Shown: positions 1 through 13,742 of the stretch, one piece after another | Layout: each line of letters starts with the position of its first letter | How positions within the stretch are numbered: the first letter of the stretch is position 1 | Assembly (NCBI GenBank): GCA_019248075.1 | Contig: JAEHHG010000001.1 | Span: 9,294-73,293 of the forward strand | Length of the DNA stretch: 64,000 bases | From: Candidatus Gracilibacteria bacterium S5_H10 | GTDB lineage: Bacteria; Patescibacteriota; Gracilibacteria; Absconditabacterales; Absconditicoccaceae | Direction: 5' to 3' | The notes under the pieces: model-generated | What the model saw: only the letters and a program-made list of their open reading frames with translations | Databases searched by the model: none | Told to the model about the DNA's origin: nothing | Position numbers and translations under genes: made by a program

Positions 1-1422
1 CATTTTGCTTTTTTTTAAGTTTAGTTCTTCAAGAAAATCTATATCGCCAATATCACCATAAATACAAGGAATTTTGTTTTTTTGTAAATGAGAGATAATC
101 CCTGGATGTTCGTCGATTACTAAAATATTTTTATGTGTTTTATTGAGTAATGTATAGATATTACTTCCAAATCTTCCATATCCAAAAAGAACAATTTCAT
201 ATCCTTTTTTATTTATTTTTTTCGTCTCTTTGTTTCGTACTCAAGGCAATATCCTTAGCACTGGTTTGAAAAAATGATAGATTTTTTCCCCATATACTAC
301 TGAATAACTTGATCCTGCAATACTAATAAGTCCTACTAAGGTGATCATAGAGAGAATTACTGGATCTTTGATATATCCTGAGCTTATTCCCATGGTAATT
401 ATCAAAAACGAAAATTCACTTATTTGTCCCAAAGATATTCATGTAAGAAAATTATTTTTTCTCGTATGTCACAAAAATCACAAAACAACCATAGTCACTA
501 TCGGTTTGATGACTAATACAAAAACAACAAATAGTATCAACGGCAATATCATCGATAGATTGCTTGCTCAAAAATTCACGTGAGATCACAGCAATACAAA
601 GAATATGACAATAAAAAAATCTCTCAATGGTTTTATTCTGCTTGTTATCTCAAATCTATATGAAGAATTTGCTAGACTTATTCATGCAACTAATGTGCCT
701 ATTTCTATTCCAAATCATAATCGATAAAATATCGCTCCGAGGATGAAACATCGTCCTATCGAAAACAAAAACAAATATTCTTGAGATTCTGCGATTTTTT
801 TTGTTATCATAGGAATAAAATATTTGCTCAGAAAATAGATTCCTATTCCCAATCATATTACTTTAGCTATCAAACTCACGATCACGATAGCTGATGATGT
901 TTGTTCTATACTTTTAAAGGTTGCCATTCCTAGCATAAAAAGCATCACGATCAAATCTTGGACAATCAATATCCCTATACTTAATCTTCCAGGTGTAGAC
1001 TCCATTTGATCTCTATCACTCAATAATTTCAACACTACGATTGTACTACTAAAGGCAAATCATATCGACAAAAATATTGATGTCATGATATCAAATCACA
1101 ATATTGTAGCGAGAAAATATCCCAATCCTCCTGTAATAAGCACTTGAAATACTCATGCAAGTGTTGCTGTTTTTCAAAGATCTTTGATTATCGTAGGATT
1201 TAATTCCATACCAACGATAAAAAGCAACAAAGCGATACCTATGTTTCAAAATGACTGAAAAGCTGTATTTGCTTGCAGTAAAGAAGGAAAACATAAACTG
1301 ATAGCGGTACCTGCAATAATATATCAGATAATCATTGGCTGTTTGAATGCTTTCATCATTCCTACACTCAAAAGCACAATTCAGATAATAACACTAAGTG
1401 AAATAAATATTTGTTCTGCCAT
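1..1422 (-). CDS. Kef-type cation:proton antiporter (CPA2) with C-terminal TrkA-N Rossmann domain; the 3' end runs off the window
   Basis: ATG at 1422. Track ORFs 853..1035 and 241..432 share one frame once UGA is read as Gly. Multi-TM sequence with LLSDRDQMESTPGRLSIGILIVQDL, typical of KefB/KefC. GYEIVLFGYGRFGSNI (GxGxxG) lies at about 1..240. Confidence 0.8.
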
Positions 1423-1697
1423 ACTATAATGACTAAATGACTAAAGAGATTCATGATTCATGATTCAAGAACTATTTAGTAATATGATTTATTAGTTCAT
1501 GCGTCGTGTATCTAGTATCTATATCCAATTATACCTATAATTGCTATATTTGTCAAATATTAGACAATTATTTGACTTATTTTTAAAATATATCACTAAT
1601 ATACTGAATCATATCGCTGAATTTCTAGATTTTCTTGATTTTTCTTATAAATTTCGTATTTTTTTGCTATCTTTTATATTATAACAAAACAATAAAA

Positions 1698-1934
1698 ATG
1701 GCAATAAAAAGCACTTTCCAAGGTAAATTTATGTATTATGAAAACATTAATGGTAAGGAGAAAAAAGTAGCGAAGGAATTTACTGATCCAAAAAAATTCA
1801 ATGAATTCGCTAAAAAGTATCCTATGCCAACATTGAGTAGTATGTTGTGACTTACTTCACCAGTCAAAAAAGCGCTTCCTACCAAAAAAACTATCAAAAA
1901 ACCAGTCAAGAATTTACCTAAAAAGAAAAAATAA
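1698..1934 (+). CDS. small Lys-rich hypothetical protein (78 aa with one UGA read-through)
   Basis: ATG at 1698 inside track ORF 1635..1850. The frame continues through UGA at 1848 to TAA at 1932 and is followed directly by a hairpin terminator. Confidence 0.4.
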
Positions 1935-1952
1935 CATCCAAATTTTTATATA

Positions 1953-1982
1953 GAAGAACGAGAGCATTTCTCGTTCTTTTTA
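1953..1982 (+). terminator. rho-independent terminator
   Basis: Stem gaacgag/ctcgttc with a 7-nt loop, followed by a T-run. Confidence 0.6.
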
Positions 1983-2314
1983 TAAAACATTGACTTTTCT
2001 CAAAAACTACAAACATTTCTACAAACAATTCTCCTATTTTTTACTTTTTTTGCCGTTTTTCTTAATTTTTTTTACTTTTTCTTAGATACTTTCATTGGCA
2101 AAAACACGTTTTTGTATATATATTGTCATAAATATATATTCTATTTTTCTATTTTTGTCAACTAGTGATACAGCAAAACCATTGAATTTTTATTAGCTTT
2201 TACTACTATCTATTGGTAAAAATACATCTAGACTCTTGGCGTATTTGCCTTGAAGTTTTTTTGTCTCTATGGAGAAGAGAAATTTACTTATTTATTTAGT
2301 TTATTCGTATATCT

Positions 2315-4945
2315 ATGAAGAACGAACAAGACAGTAAAATTATTGCTACATGAACTGTAGTACCACATTCTATCGAGGATGAAATATCTAAATCGTATAT
2401 CGAATATGCGATGTCCGTTATCGTATCTCGTGCCTTGCCTGATACAAGAGATGGATTTAAACCCGTATTGAGGAGAATTCTCTTCTGAATGTATCAGATG
2501 AATAATTTTTTCAATCAGAAACATAAAAAATCAGCGAGAATTGTCTGAGAAGTTATGGGAAAATACCATCCACACGGAGATAGTAGTATCTACGAAGCTA
2601 TGGTGCGTATGGCACAACCATGGGCTTTCAGATATCCATTGGTTGATGGACAAGGTAACTTTGGATCTATCGATGGTGATGGTGCGGCGGCTATGAGGTA
2701 TACAGAAGCGAGATTAACGAAGATAGCTGAAGAAATGCTCAATGATATAGAACAAGATACTATTGATCGAAGAGATAATTTTGATGGAAGTCTCCAAGAA
2801 CCTATTATGCTTCCTACTAAATTTCCTAATCATCTCTGTAATGGTACGATGGGTATCGCTGTAGGTATGGCAACAAACATGGCACCACATAATTTAGGTG
2901 AAGTCCTTGATGCTTCATTATTACTTTTGGAAAAAGAAGGAAAACCTCTTACAGAAAAACAAAAACTAGCAGCTGAAAAAACTCTAGCAGCACAGGAATG
3001 AAGTAATGACACAGAAAATACCGAAAGCATTTCTACTACATACAAAGTAAGTATTGATGAAATCATGGAAATCATCAAATGACCTGATTTTCCTACAGGA
3101 GGAATTATTTATGATTCAAACAATATCAAAGAAGTCTATAAAAAAGGTAAATGAGGTATTGTTATGAGAGGAAAAACACATGTAGAAGAAGATAAACATG
3201 GAAATATTATCGTTATTGATGAAATTCCTTACTTAGTGAATAAGTCTAGTTTAGTTTCAAAAATCGGTGAATTGGTAGTAGATAAAAAAATAGAAGGAAT
3301 CACTGACATGAGGGATGAATCCAGCAAAAATAAAATCAGAATTGCAATTTATCTCAAATCTGGTGTAGATGCAAATAAAATTCTCGTAGAACTTTATAAA
3401 TATACAGAATTGCAATGTGCATTTAACGTCAACAATGTATCACTTATAGAAGCCGGAAAACAACCGAGGCTTTTGAATATCAAAGACCTTTTGATGGAAT
3501 TTGTTACGTTTAGAAGATCAGTTGTCTACCGTAGATCTATATTTCAGCTTAATAAAGCAAAAGATAGATTACATATTCTCGAATGATTAAAAAAAGCTAT
3601 TGATGTCATTGATGAAGTAATTGATACTATCAAAAAATCAGATACAAAACAAGATGCAAAAGAAAATCTGATCAGCAAATTCGAATTTTCTGAAATGCAA
3701 GCAGAATATATTTTGATGATGAGATTACAATCGTTGGTTGGCTTGGAAATCAAAAAAATCGCTGATGAAATAGATGAAAAAAAGAGAATAATCGAAGAAC
3801 TTGAATCAATTATTAATGATTCAGACAAACTTGATGGAGTCATAAAAAATGAATTTGTATATATGAAAAAACAGTATGGAGACGAAAGAAGAACAGATCT
3901 TTCGCAAGATCTTAGTGTATATAATGTCTCTTGAAGCCTCAAGGCATTTATGGCAACTGCTGACAAAATAAAGGAAGATGTTATCGTCTGGATCTGAAAT
4001 GATTATAGCATTAGAATATTGTATCAGTCTAGAATTCAAGCGATACCCGAAGAAACTATGGATCTTATTTATACGCACAATCAAGATAAATTGATCGTTA
4101 TCACTGATATTGGCGAATTAGTCGTACAAAGATTGAAAGATCTCGGAAGTTTTGCTATGAAACAAAATGCAATAAATTTGAATGAATATTTCTGACTTAA
4201 GGGAAAGATTGTTTTTGCTAAGACGCTTCATTTTGATTATCATCATTTGGTATTCCTAACCAATCAAAATAGTTGTAAAAAAATAAAAAAAGAATTAGTC
4301 TTATCATTCAAAAAATTTCCGACCGTTATTATGAAACTTGCAGACAAAGAAAAAATCTTGAGTGTGGAAGCGGTAAACGATAGTGATAATATATGAATTC
4401 TCACAAAACAATGATGGATGTTGCTTTTCAAGAGCAGTGATCTGAGACCTATGGGAAAAACAGCAGGATGAGTTAAATCTATCGAACTTCAAGAAGGTGA
4501 TGAAGTAGCAAATATGTTTTTACATAAAGGTGAACCATTTATTCTTATCCATGCGAATAAAAATGGTAAATTACTTAATCTTGAAGATCTAAAAATACGA
4601 AAGAGAGCGAGAAAATGACAGGTAGTCATGACAGGAAAAGAAAATCTTGAAGGTGGAATAAGTATTATCGAATGAGCGATCAGGATCAGATTCAAAGATA
4701 GCACTATCAAAACACTCCACTCCAATGATATCCATCTTGATGAAACAGAAACACCGTTAGCAAAGATGGTTGATAAAGATATCGACGTCATTTATAGACC
4801 TCGAGAAGAAAAAGATGAAAATCTCAGATACAAAGAAGAAAGAAAAAAAGCTGAAAAAGAAGCTGAAAAAATGGAAAAAAATGTAACTGAAGCATCTGAA
4901 CAACCTGAAGAGGTCTCTGAAGACGAAGAGACTATCACTGAGTAA
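2315..4945 (+). CDS. gyrA: DNA gyrase subunit A
   Basis: Track fragments 2555, 3164 and 3695 share one frame. Motifs [20 protein letters not shown] and [37 protein letters not shown] are present. The UGA at 2546 falls on the Gly of [16 protein letters not shown]. The gene has an acidic C-terminal tail and ends at TAA 4943. Confidence 0.95.
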
Positions 4946-4972
4946 TATTTATCATTATATCGTTTTTGGATC

Positions 4973-6136
<1,164 letters not shown>

Positions 6137-6271
6137 CCGATAAACAGCTATTTATGTCATTATTTTTATAAATGTAAATCTAAATACTTTTACTAGACTA
6201 ATAAAACTTGAAAATAGGCAATTTTTGGGATAGACTTGAATATCAATGTATTTATTTTATGAATAGATAGT

Positions 6272-6892
6272 ATGCCTAGCTATATACCTGATTCACTTAT
6301 CAATGAAATAGAAGAACTCAAGGACTTGTGAAAATTTGATGAGGCTATCAAAAAGGTCAATACGATCCTTTTTAGAGATCCAAATAATGAAGATGCACTT
6401 TTGCAGGTGACAGATATTCAATATAGAAAAGGTGAAATCTGAAAAGCAGCTAAAGCTATAGACTTTCTTAATGCAAATAAAAAAAATTCTGATCCGTTGG
6501 GACTTTATATCAAAGGCGTCCTTGAAATGGAAAAAAACCATCGGATGGAAGCTAAAAAGTATCTTCAACAAGCATTAGAGCTTACCAAAGCTGAGAATCA
6601 TGAAATACTTAGATGTTACGGACTTTGTGAATATCGATATGGAAATAGAGAAAAAGGACTCAACTTCATCAAAGATGCATTTTATATCAATAATACTGAT
6701 GCAGAAGTTGTATATAATCTTATAGAGCTTTATATCCTTGAACACAAATACAAAAAAGCAAAAGACATGATCAAATATTTTTATAAACATCGCGAAAAGT
6801 TACAAACCATCGACAAAGAGATTGATTTTTATGACAAAAAGATTTCTTTGTTTGAAAAGTTTATTACTACTCAGCACATGTTCAAAAAATAA
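6272..6892 (+). CDS. TPR-repeat protein
   Basis: ATG at 6272 is in frame with track ORF 6497..6892. TPR-like helices are repeated (GKFDEAIKKVNTIL, EAKKYLQQALEL, KYKKAKDMIKYF). Confidence 0.6.
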
Positions 6893-6928
6893 TTATGCAT
6901 CAGTCATTTATCATCTTCTTCCAATACC

Positions 6929-7867
6929 ATGCTAAAAAAATCACTTACAAAAATCTTTAAAAATGATCTTTCTTCCCTACTTAAAACATCATGGAAGAAT
7001 GTATTAGGAGTAAGCATCTTCATAGGATTTTTATTATTTCTCTTAAATATCTTTTTGTGAATATCTCTTTATGCCAACCAATTTACTGGTGAACTCAAAG
7101 ATAGACTCGGTATGTATTTCTATATAAAAGAAACTACTGACGAAACTAATGATACCTATAAAAGAGTCATCACACTAAAAGATGAATTAGAAGCAAAAGG
7201 ACTAAAAGTAATGTTTTCATCTAAAGATGATGCTTTAGCATTTTTACAAAAAAAGATTCCTGATGTCGTAAATAATTTTGAAAAGTTTGGTATAGACAAT
7301 CCATTACCAGCGACATTATATGTAATGTTTGATAGTGACAGCAAGTATGAGTCCCTCAAGACTATTATCCTTGCCAATAAAGATATTATTCTCAATACCA
7401 AAGATATTGATGCATGATCGACACTTAAGCAACAAGAGAATAGAGTCCTTACTATCATAAATTTAAGTAATTTTGTTGTGGGACTTTCTTATGTAATCAT
7501 TGCTATATTATTTCTCATAATCGTTTCATTCTTATGATTCCTTTTGAAAAATATTTTTCATACCTTTCATAGAGAACTTGAAGTCAAAAAAATCTTATGA
7601 GCAACGTACAACCAGATCATCCAATGATTTGTATCTCTTACGCTAAATGTGCTCTGATTTTCATTCCTTATTTGTTTAGCATTACTTTTGTTTAGCTGAA
7701 TAACTGTCAATTTCTATATCTACTCTCTTTTTGATATAACGCTTTGGAATGTTTTTAATAATATCGCCTTGATTATCGGTATCTTTATAGGTGAAATCGT
7801 TATTGTTACTTTATTTGGATTTTGATTCTCTCATTTCTTTGCTCGTGCCTTAAACAAGAAATTATAA
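6929..7867 (+). CDS. ftsX: cell-division permease FtsX-like
   Basis: N-terminal TM segment, a periplasmic domain (track ORF 7112..7417) and three C-terminal TM segments, once four UGA codons are read as Gly; ends at TAA 7865. The partner ftsE is not adjacent. Confidence 0.75.
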
Positions 7868-7885
7868 TATTTTGATTATATTAAC

Positions 7886-7925
7886 AAAAAAAACAGACGC
7901 ACATCATCAGCCGTCTGTTTTTTTT
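7886..7925. terminator. bidirectional rho-independent terminator between ftsX and rplA
   Basis: An A-run, stem acagacg/cgtctgt, then a T-run. Confidence 0.7.
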
Positions 7926-7945
7926 ATATGTATGATATTTCATTT

Positions 7946-8620
7946 CTAATATTGTATTTGTATTCCAGGTCACATAGTAGGAGCTATATATATTTTCTTG
8001 ATCAATTTTCCTTTGACTCCAGTTGGTTTATTTTCTTCTAGTGCTTTAAGGAATGCTTTGATATTTTCCTCTATCTGTGTTTCAGTAAATGACATTCTTC
8101 CTATAGCTGCGTTTATATTTCCTGTCTTATCAAGTTTAAATTCTATCTTTCCTTTTTTGAATTCTTCTACTGCTTGTGGAATATTTGTTATTACTGTTCC
8201 TGCTTTTGGAGATGGCATAAGTCCTTTTGGTCCAAGCTGTTTTGCAACAGGTGCCAAATCTCTAATATGTTCTGGAGTAGTAAGCAATATATCAAATTCA
8301 AATTTTCCTGCTTTGATATCAGCAATCAATGTTTCAGTCCCTACGATATCTGCTCAAGCTTTTTTTGCTTCAGCTTCATCTGAAGAGAATACAGCGATTC
8401 TTTTTGTCTTTCCTGTTCCATGAGGAAGAATAGTTGTTCCTCTCATCATTTGATCATTGTACTTAGCATCAGCAAAAGTTTTTACTGCAATTTCTACTGA
8501 TCCATCAAATTTTGTATATCCAGTTTTTTTAAGCAAATCAATTGCTTCTTTGAGTGGATACGCTTTTGTAGAATCTACAATTTTAGCAGATTCGCGATAC
8601 TTTTTTCCGTGGTTTGCCAT
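7946..8620 (-). CDS. rplA: 50S ribosomal protein L1
   Basis: MANHGKKYRESAKIVD...GTGKTKRIAVFS...GPKGLMPSPKAGTV. The UGA at 7970 is read through, giving the conserved C-terminus TMGPGIQIQY; ends at TAG 7946. Confidence 0.95.
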
Positions 8621-8702
8621 TTTTTTGATAATAAATAAGTTAAAAGTGGTATAAACGCTCAAAAGAGCTCCCACATATAATGATTAGTTCATAACAAATA
8701 AA

Positions 8703-9146
8703 TTACTTTTCTACTTCTATTCACATATTTTTTGCTGTACCTGCAACAGATTTCATGATTGATTCAATATCATTTGTATTCATGTCTGTCTTTTTAAGAT
8801 TAGCAATTTCTTCCAAGTCTTTCTTTGAAAGCTTTCAGATTTTATTCTTATTTGGTTCCGCTGATCATGATTTTAGGTTAAGCTTCCAAAGAATCAAATT
8901 TGAAGTAACTGGGCTTCCGATACTAAGATCAAAAGATCTATCTGCATAAATAGTCAACGTACATTTTACTTTTACGTCTGCTCCACCAAATTGTTTCATG
9001 ATATCCATAGTTTTATCATTGAATTCTTTGATGAATTGTCCAATATTCACTCCATTTGCTCATAGCATAGGTCCAAGTGGAGGTGCTGGTTGTGCTTTTC
9101 CTGCTGGTATTTCCAGATTAAGAATGTTAGTAATTTTTCCTGCCAT
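8703..9146 (-). CDS. rplK: 50S ribosomal protein L11
   Basis: [43 protein letters not shown], with three UGA-as-Gly codons; ends at TAA 8703. Confidence 0.95.
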
Positions 9147-9155
9147 TGTTGTTTA

Positions 9156-9839
9156 TTAATCAGTAAATAAAGATTTTAAATATGTTTTAGATTTGTGATA
9201 TAGTGTATAATCTATTTGGATTAACCATATACCATCATTGAGATATATAAGCATAAGCACTCGTTGATCTTTATATTCAGGAAGATTTATGAAGACTACT
9301 TTATTTCCAAATAATTTGTTTTGGAGAATATCTTGTTCTGTAGCTAATGTATATAAATCTCCTTTGAGTGCTCTAGCTATACTTGCAAAATCGTAACTTG
9401 GCGTACCGAGATATATATATCGCGTACCGTTTTCGTCAGCTAATGCATATTGATATTTTATTCATAATTTTTCTATAATTGCTATCGATCCATAATATAC
9501 ACTCGTTCCCGAAAGCAATGTTATACCTGTAGTATTTTTTACTGTTCCTGTAAACTGAGGAATAGTTATTCATGTTGTATTCTTTGTTATTCATGTATTT
9601 GTCCATGTTTCTGTCATAGTACCTGTATTTGTTGTTTGATTGGTTGTTACTGGACGTATAGTTGCCATATCATCTCAAGTCTTGCTGAGAATCTGTATAG
9701 TAGATCATGAGTTTTCTGATTGAGGATTTTTTTTGACATCAGATCATTTTACTTGGTATCGTACGATATATACAATCATTAGCGCCAAAAAGAGTAGCAT
9801 CATCGAGAATCTGAGGATTTTTTGCTCTTTAGTATACAT
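9156..9839 (-). CDS. hypothetical membrane-anchored protein (227 aa) inserted between nusG and rplK
   Basis: I checked the frame codon by codon. It has an N-terminal TM helix (FSMMLLFLALMIVYIV) and a Thr/Asn-rich linker with TGITKNTTGIT repeats. I recognise no family. Confidence 0.5.
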
Positions 9840-9929
9840 CCAAATGATCATCAAATAAAAGCTATCTACAGAGAAGCGACAAGACTAATGGAATATTCCA
9901 CTCACCTGTCCTGTAGTATATATATATGA

Positions 9930-10520
9930 TTAACTCATGAGCTCAACTTTGTCCAAATCGATCACTACTGGAGTAAGCCTTCATAACATTTCTATATTTA
10001 CTATTGCTGTTCACTTTTCTGCATCAATATTTCTTACACTACCTTTCATTCATTTGAAGTCTCCTGTCTTTAGCAAGACAACATCACCTTCTTTGAATGG
10101 AATCTTGAGTTCCGATCTTTCTTGTGATTTTTTGATTTGTTCTACAATCTTTGTAAATTCTTCATCAGTCAATGGAATAGGGCGTGTTTCAGCTCCAACA
10201 ATCAATCTTACTCCCGGAGTGTTTCTTATAACATACCAAATTTTTTCATTCATTTTGGATTTTATAAACACATATCCAGGATAGAGTTTTTTTTGCTTGA
10301 TTATTTTTTCTCATTTTTTGAGCGAAGATTCGTTTACCATTGGAGACATATAGTCTTCTACTGTTTGTTCGAGATCTTGTTTTTTCATCCTTTCTTTCAA
10401 GTTCTCTATTACAAGTTCTTCTTGTCCGGATACAACACTTAGTACATACCATCTAAAATTATCATCTTCAATCTGTCTTTTGATTTCTCACGTATTTGTT
10501 TCTGCTTTTTGCATACTCAT
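9930..10520 (-). CDS. nusG: transcription termination/antitermination factor NusG
   Basis: WYVLSVVSGQEELV (NGN domain) and a KOW motif FKEGDVVLLKTGDFKGMKGSV; ends at TAA 9930. Confidence 0.9.
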
Positions 10521-10572
10521 ATACAGTAAAACAATAAAACGGGCAAACGCTTAACGTTTGTCGGGTAGTTTT

Positions 10573-10755
10573 TTATTGCATGATGCTATAGAATCGTTTG
10601 TAGACACCAGAAAAAACAGTATCTGTTGCAATAAAATACATTCCTGCAAATACAATAGCAACAAAAATCGCAATTGTAAGATTGATAAAATCTTTTTTGG
10701 TAGGATGCTTTAATTTTTTGACAGTTTCTAGACTATCATAGATAAATTTCATCAT
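10573..10755 (-). CDS. secE: preprotein translocase subunit SecE
   Basis: A 60-aa protein with a single C-terminal TM helix, VKKLKHPTKKDFINLTIAIFVAIVFAGMYF, in the conserved position upstream of nusG. Confidence 0.8.
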   Translation of the reverse strand: MMKFIYDSLETVKKLKHPTKKDFINLTIAIFVAIVFAGMYFIATDTVFSGVYKRFYSIMQ

Positions 10756-10927
10756 GGTCCTTTTTTTCAACAATAAAAAAAAAGTTTGGTGCCATCATAC
10801 TACTAAAGTACATCGGTTTTTCAAGGGGAAATTACTCCAAAATACTTTTAGAATATGTACTGACAAATCCCCTTCTCCAAGAGCAATATTATATACGATT
10901 TTCCTCCAGACAGGATCTGCAAAGTTA

Positions 10928-11662
10928 TTATGCTACAGCACAGACATATCTCATAGTTAATGAATGTACCTTACCAAAATCACTAGGATTTACATATGCG
11001 ACTATGTTTGCTTTTTTCTTTTGTACTTTTAGCAAATGTTGAAAAATTGTAAGCAAAGGTGTAGAAGACGATGGTTTTTGTATGATTTTTGCTAATTGTC
11101 ATTGTTCATCAGTTTTTTTGGATACTGTCGGGAAAAAAAGTTCAATATTAGTAAGTATCACAACGTTATATGTATCTGCGTGTTTGTTGATCCGATGTGT
11201 TGTTTTTTTTATTTTTGACTCTGATAGTTTATCTCCTATACTGATATGTATTATTTTATTGGTTTCTGTTATCGTACTTATAAAAGGCAATTGTTCCAAT
11301 AATGAAATATGCTCTTGTGGAGAAAATTTTGCACCTAAAGTACTAGTAAGTGTTCTTAGTTCCTCATTATTATTTTTCCATTTTTTTCCAAATATAGGGC
11401 CATACTCATTACTATCAAGCAATATATTTTTAGCATCGTATGATTGCTGTGAAATAATAACTAACTTTTTTTTGTGATTATCAAGCAAAAGATATCCAGC
11501 AGCTTGCAACAATCATGTATAAAAGTGCGGCCCTTGAGGAAGGATTGCAATAGAAAAGGTAACATCTTGAGAAGGCTGTAATGTCGGTATAAGTTCTGAT
11601 GCTCAAACTACATATCCCATCACCTGCTCTGCGAGTATTTCAGGACTTATTGTCATTGGCAT
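10928..11662 (-). CDS. hypothetical protein (244 aa)
   Basis: Track ORF 11099..11512 extends in both directions by UGA read-through. The start overlaps the upstream stop as TAATG. No family recognised. Confidence 0.45.
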
Positions 11663-12201
11663 TATTTTTTTGAAACTAAACTTTTTTTGATCTGGATAAC
11701 AAAACGATCTGCTAATCTATCACGTTTTTGCCATTCTTCTGCGCCCATAAACACTACAGACGCCATTTCTATAAAATATGCTCTAAAGATTTCATCGATA
11801 TTTTGTTTGATCATATCTATCTGCGGTTTTTCGCAATTTTTGTAAATAACGACCAAATCCATTTCTAAATCAATATTGAATCTCTTCCCGAAGTAGAATT
11901 GATCGATCATCACTTCATACGTTGTGAAAAGGTTTATCAAATCATTTTGCAGTCAGAAATAGAATACATTTTTCAATATATCATAAAATTCTGGTTTGAT
12001 TGATATTGCCCATCATTGGCCATCTTTGTTTACGGTAATTACCTTAGATTCATTCAAAGAATCCACTTGTTTTTTGATAGCAGGAAATGTTCGTTCAATC
12101 TCACTTTCAAGCGCTCTCATAGAAATACCCTGTCTCTTGAAGAGTAGGTATTTGAGAATATCCACTTTTGTTTTACTGCCGAAAAGTTTCTCGAGATTCA
12201 T
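11662..12201 (-). CDS. winged-helix (ArsR-like) domain protein with a degenerate nucleotidyltransferase-like C-terminal half
   Basis: Track ORFs 12013..12201 and 11662..11940 join through one UGA. The N-terminus KTKVDILKYLLFKRQGISMRALESEIERTFPAIKKQVDSL is wHTH-like. The C-terminal FYFGKRFNIDLEMDLVVIY resembles the G[SK]-x-D-x-D motif of minimal nucleotidyltransferases. Confidence 0.45.
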
Positions 12202-12235
12202 ACTTCAATGCTAAAGCGGCTAAAATGATGAAATG

Positions 12236-12268
12236 ATAAAAAAACCACTATCATCGATTTGATAGTGG
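12236..12268 (-). terminator. rho-independent terminator
   Basis: A 9-bp stem ccactatca/tgatagtgg followed by a T-run on the minus strand. Confidence 0.6.
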
Positions 12269-12347
12269 CTACTGTAGGGATTTTACTAGAAATTACAAGT
12301 GCAGGGGAAATATCTTATAAATTATTTCACTTCTTTGGCTCTTGAGC

Positions 12348-12563
12348 TTATTTTTTTCCGTTATACACAAGATTTATAACAGCTGCATATATACTATCCA
12401 AGGTATTTTCCTGAATATCTTCTTGTCCTTTATAATACTTTCGAAGATCTGCAAAAAAAGAAGATTTTTTACTCAAAAGCTGTAAAGTTTCTTGTACTTT
12501 TTTTAGCTTTTTTGCATGCGTCAATGAAATAAGCTCCGTTTTATTTTTTGTAGCATCAAACAT
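12348..12563 (-). CDS. hypothetical protein (71 aa)
   Basis: Intact ORF ending at TAA, with a terminator downstream. Confidence 0.4.
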   Translation of the reverse strand: MFDATKNKTELISLTHAKKLKKVQETLQLLSKKSSFFADLRKYYKGQEDIQENTLDSIYAAVINLVYNGKK

Positions 12564-12673
12564 AAGCTATGTTTACTATATAAATATATTTTTATTATAT
12601 ATAAAATAGTTATTTTGTCAATAGATAGAAATATATACTTTAGAGAGAAAAAACCAGAATCTTTTTTAAAAAT

Positions 12674-12702
12674 TTGCATTTTTTTGGTTGTCTGAGTATA
12701 AT
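12674..12702 (+). promoter_or_regulatory. sigma-70-like promoter
   Basis: TTGCAT, a 17-nt spacer and TATAAT, lying 33 nt upstream of the K+ channel ATG. Confidence 0.4.
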
Positions 12703-12734
12703 TATGTATATACTTTAGTCGTTTATCTCGCAGT

Positions 12735-13214
12735 ATGCATCCTATAAAAAAATTTCTGAATCATATGTTAGCAAACTATTCGATTTTATTTTTTTGATCT
12801 ATAATCGTATTGGTGGTTATTCTAGGAACTCTTTGTTTCCATTTTGTGGAAGAACGAGATATGTTCCATTCTTTCTATTTTACTACCGTTACCATGGCAA
12901 CAGTAGGATATGGAGATATGGCTCCGTTAACAAATTGAGGAAAAATATTGGCAATACTTTATGGATTTATGGGTGCTCCTCTCTTTATAGGCTTGACTGG
13001 AATCATCTTACAATTCAAACTTCAAAAAATAGTAAAATGAAGTATCCATGAATACCACAAAGAAATCAAAGAGACACAAAAAGAAGCTGAACAATTATGA
13101 GAAAATTTAAAACAACAACATGAAATTCAGCAAGAAACTATCAAAAAAATAGAAGAGATTTCTCCCGCCATCACAGATATCCGATGGAAAAATTTCTTCA
13201 AAAAGAAAAAATAA
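12735..13214 (+). CDS. two-TM potassium channel
   Basis: Selectivity filter TMATVGYGD flanked by two TM helices, then a coiled-coil tail; three UGA-as-Gly codons; ends at TAA 13212. Confidence 0.85.
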
Positions 13215-13219
13215 TATCT

Positions 13220-13684
13220 TTATCTAGAAGCTATATACGCCAATCATAACGCATCAGCCGCATCATTAAATTCTGGAAAATCCTTGAGATTGTATAATTT
13301 CATGATACAATTTTGCACTAATTTCTTTTCTGCTTTTCCATTTCCTGTAATAAACTTTTTAAGTTCGATGGGAGAATATTCCTTTACCGTAATATTGTTT
13401 TTTAAACATAAGGTAATAAGTATGGCTCTAATACCGTAGACAAATTCTGCGTTGTTTTGATTAAATTTCGTGAAAAAAAGTTTTTCCATACACATGGTCT
13501 GGATAGTATGTTTTTTTATGAGTTGAGAAAAATATTCATATATCTCCCTCATTCTCTCAAACTGATCTATTCTGGTCGGAGATTTTTTTTCCAATAACAA
13601 AATACCTGAATCTACAATATTGAGATCTTTTTTGATCAACGCATATCATAATTTTCTTACTCATGGATCTATTCAGAGAATCAT
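13220..13684 (-). CDS. ruvC: crossover junction endodeoxyribonuclease RuvC
   Basis: MILGIDPGVRKLGYALI, with three Gly encoded by UGA, then ...TGNGKAEKKLV...NDAADALGLAY; ends at TAA 13220. Confidence 0.9.
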
Positions 13685-13742
13685 GCACCAATAAAATACA
13701 ATATAAAAACACCTATCGAAATCCTTTCTCTCGTCTTGGCCT

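Noticed and set aside
10790-10880. A possible tRNA (tRNA-Trp is often upstream of secE). The string tggtgcc at 10798 looked like a CCA end on the minus strand.
   Set aside because: I could not find a complementary acceptor stem, a T-loop (GTTCRANYC) or a cloverleaf. I also saw no T-loop consensus anywhere in the window, so I report no tRNA.
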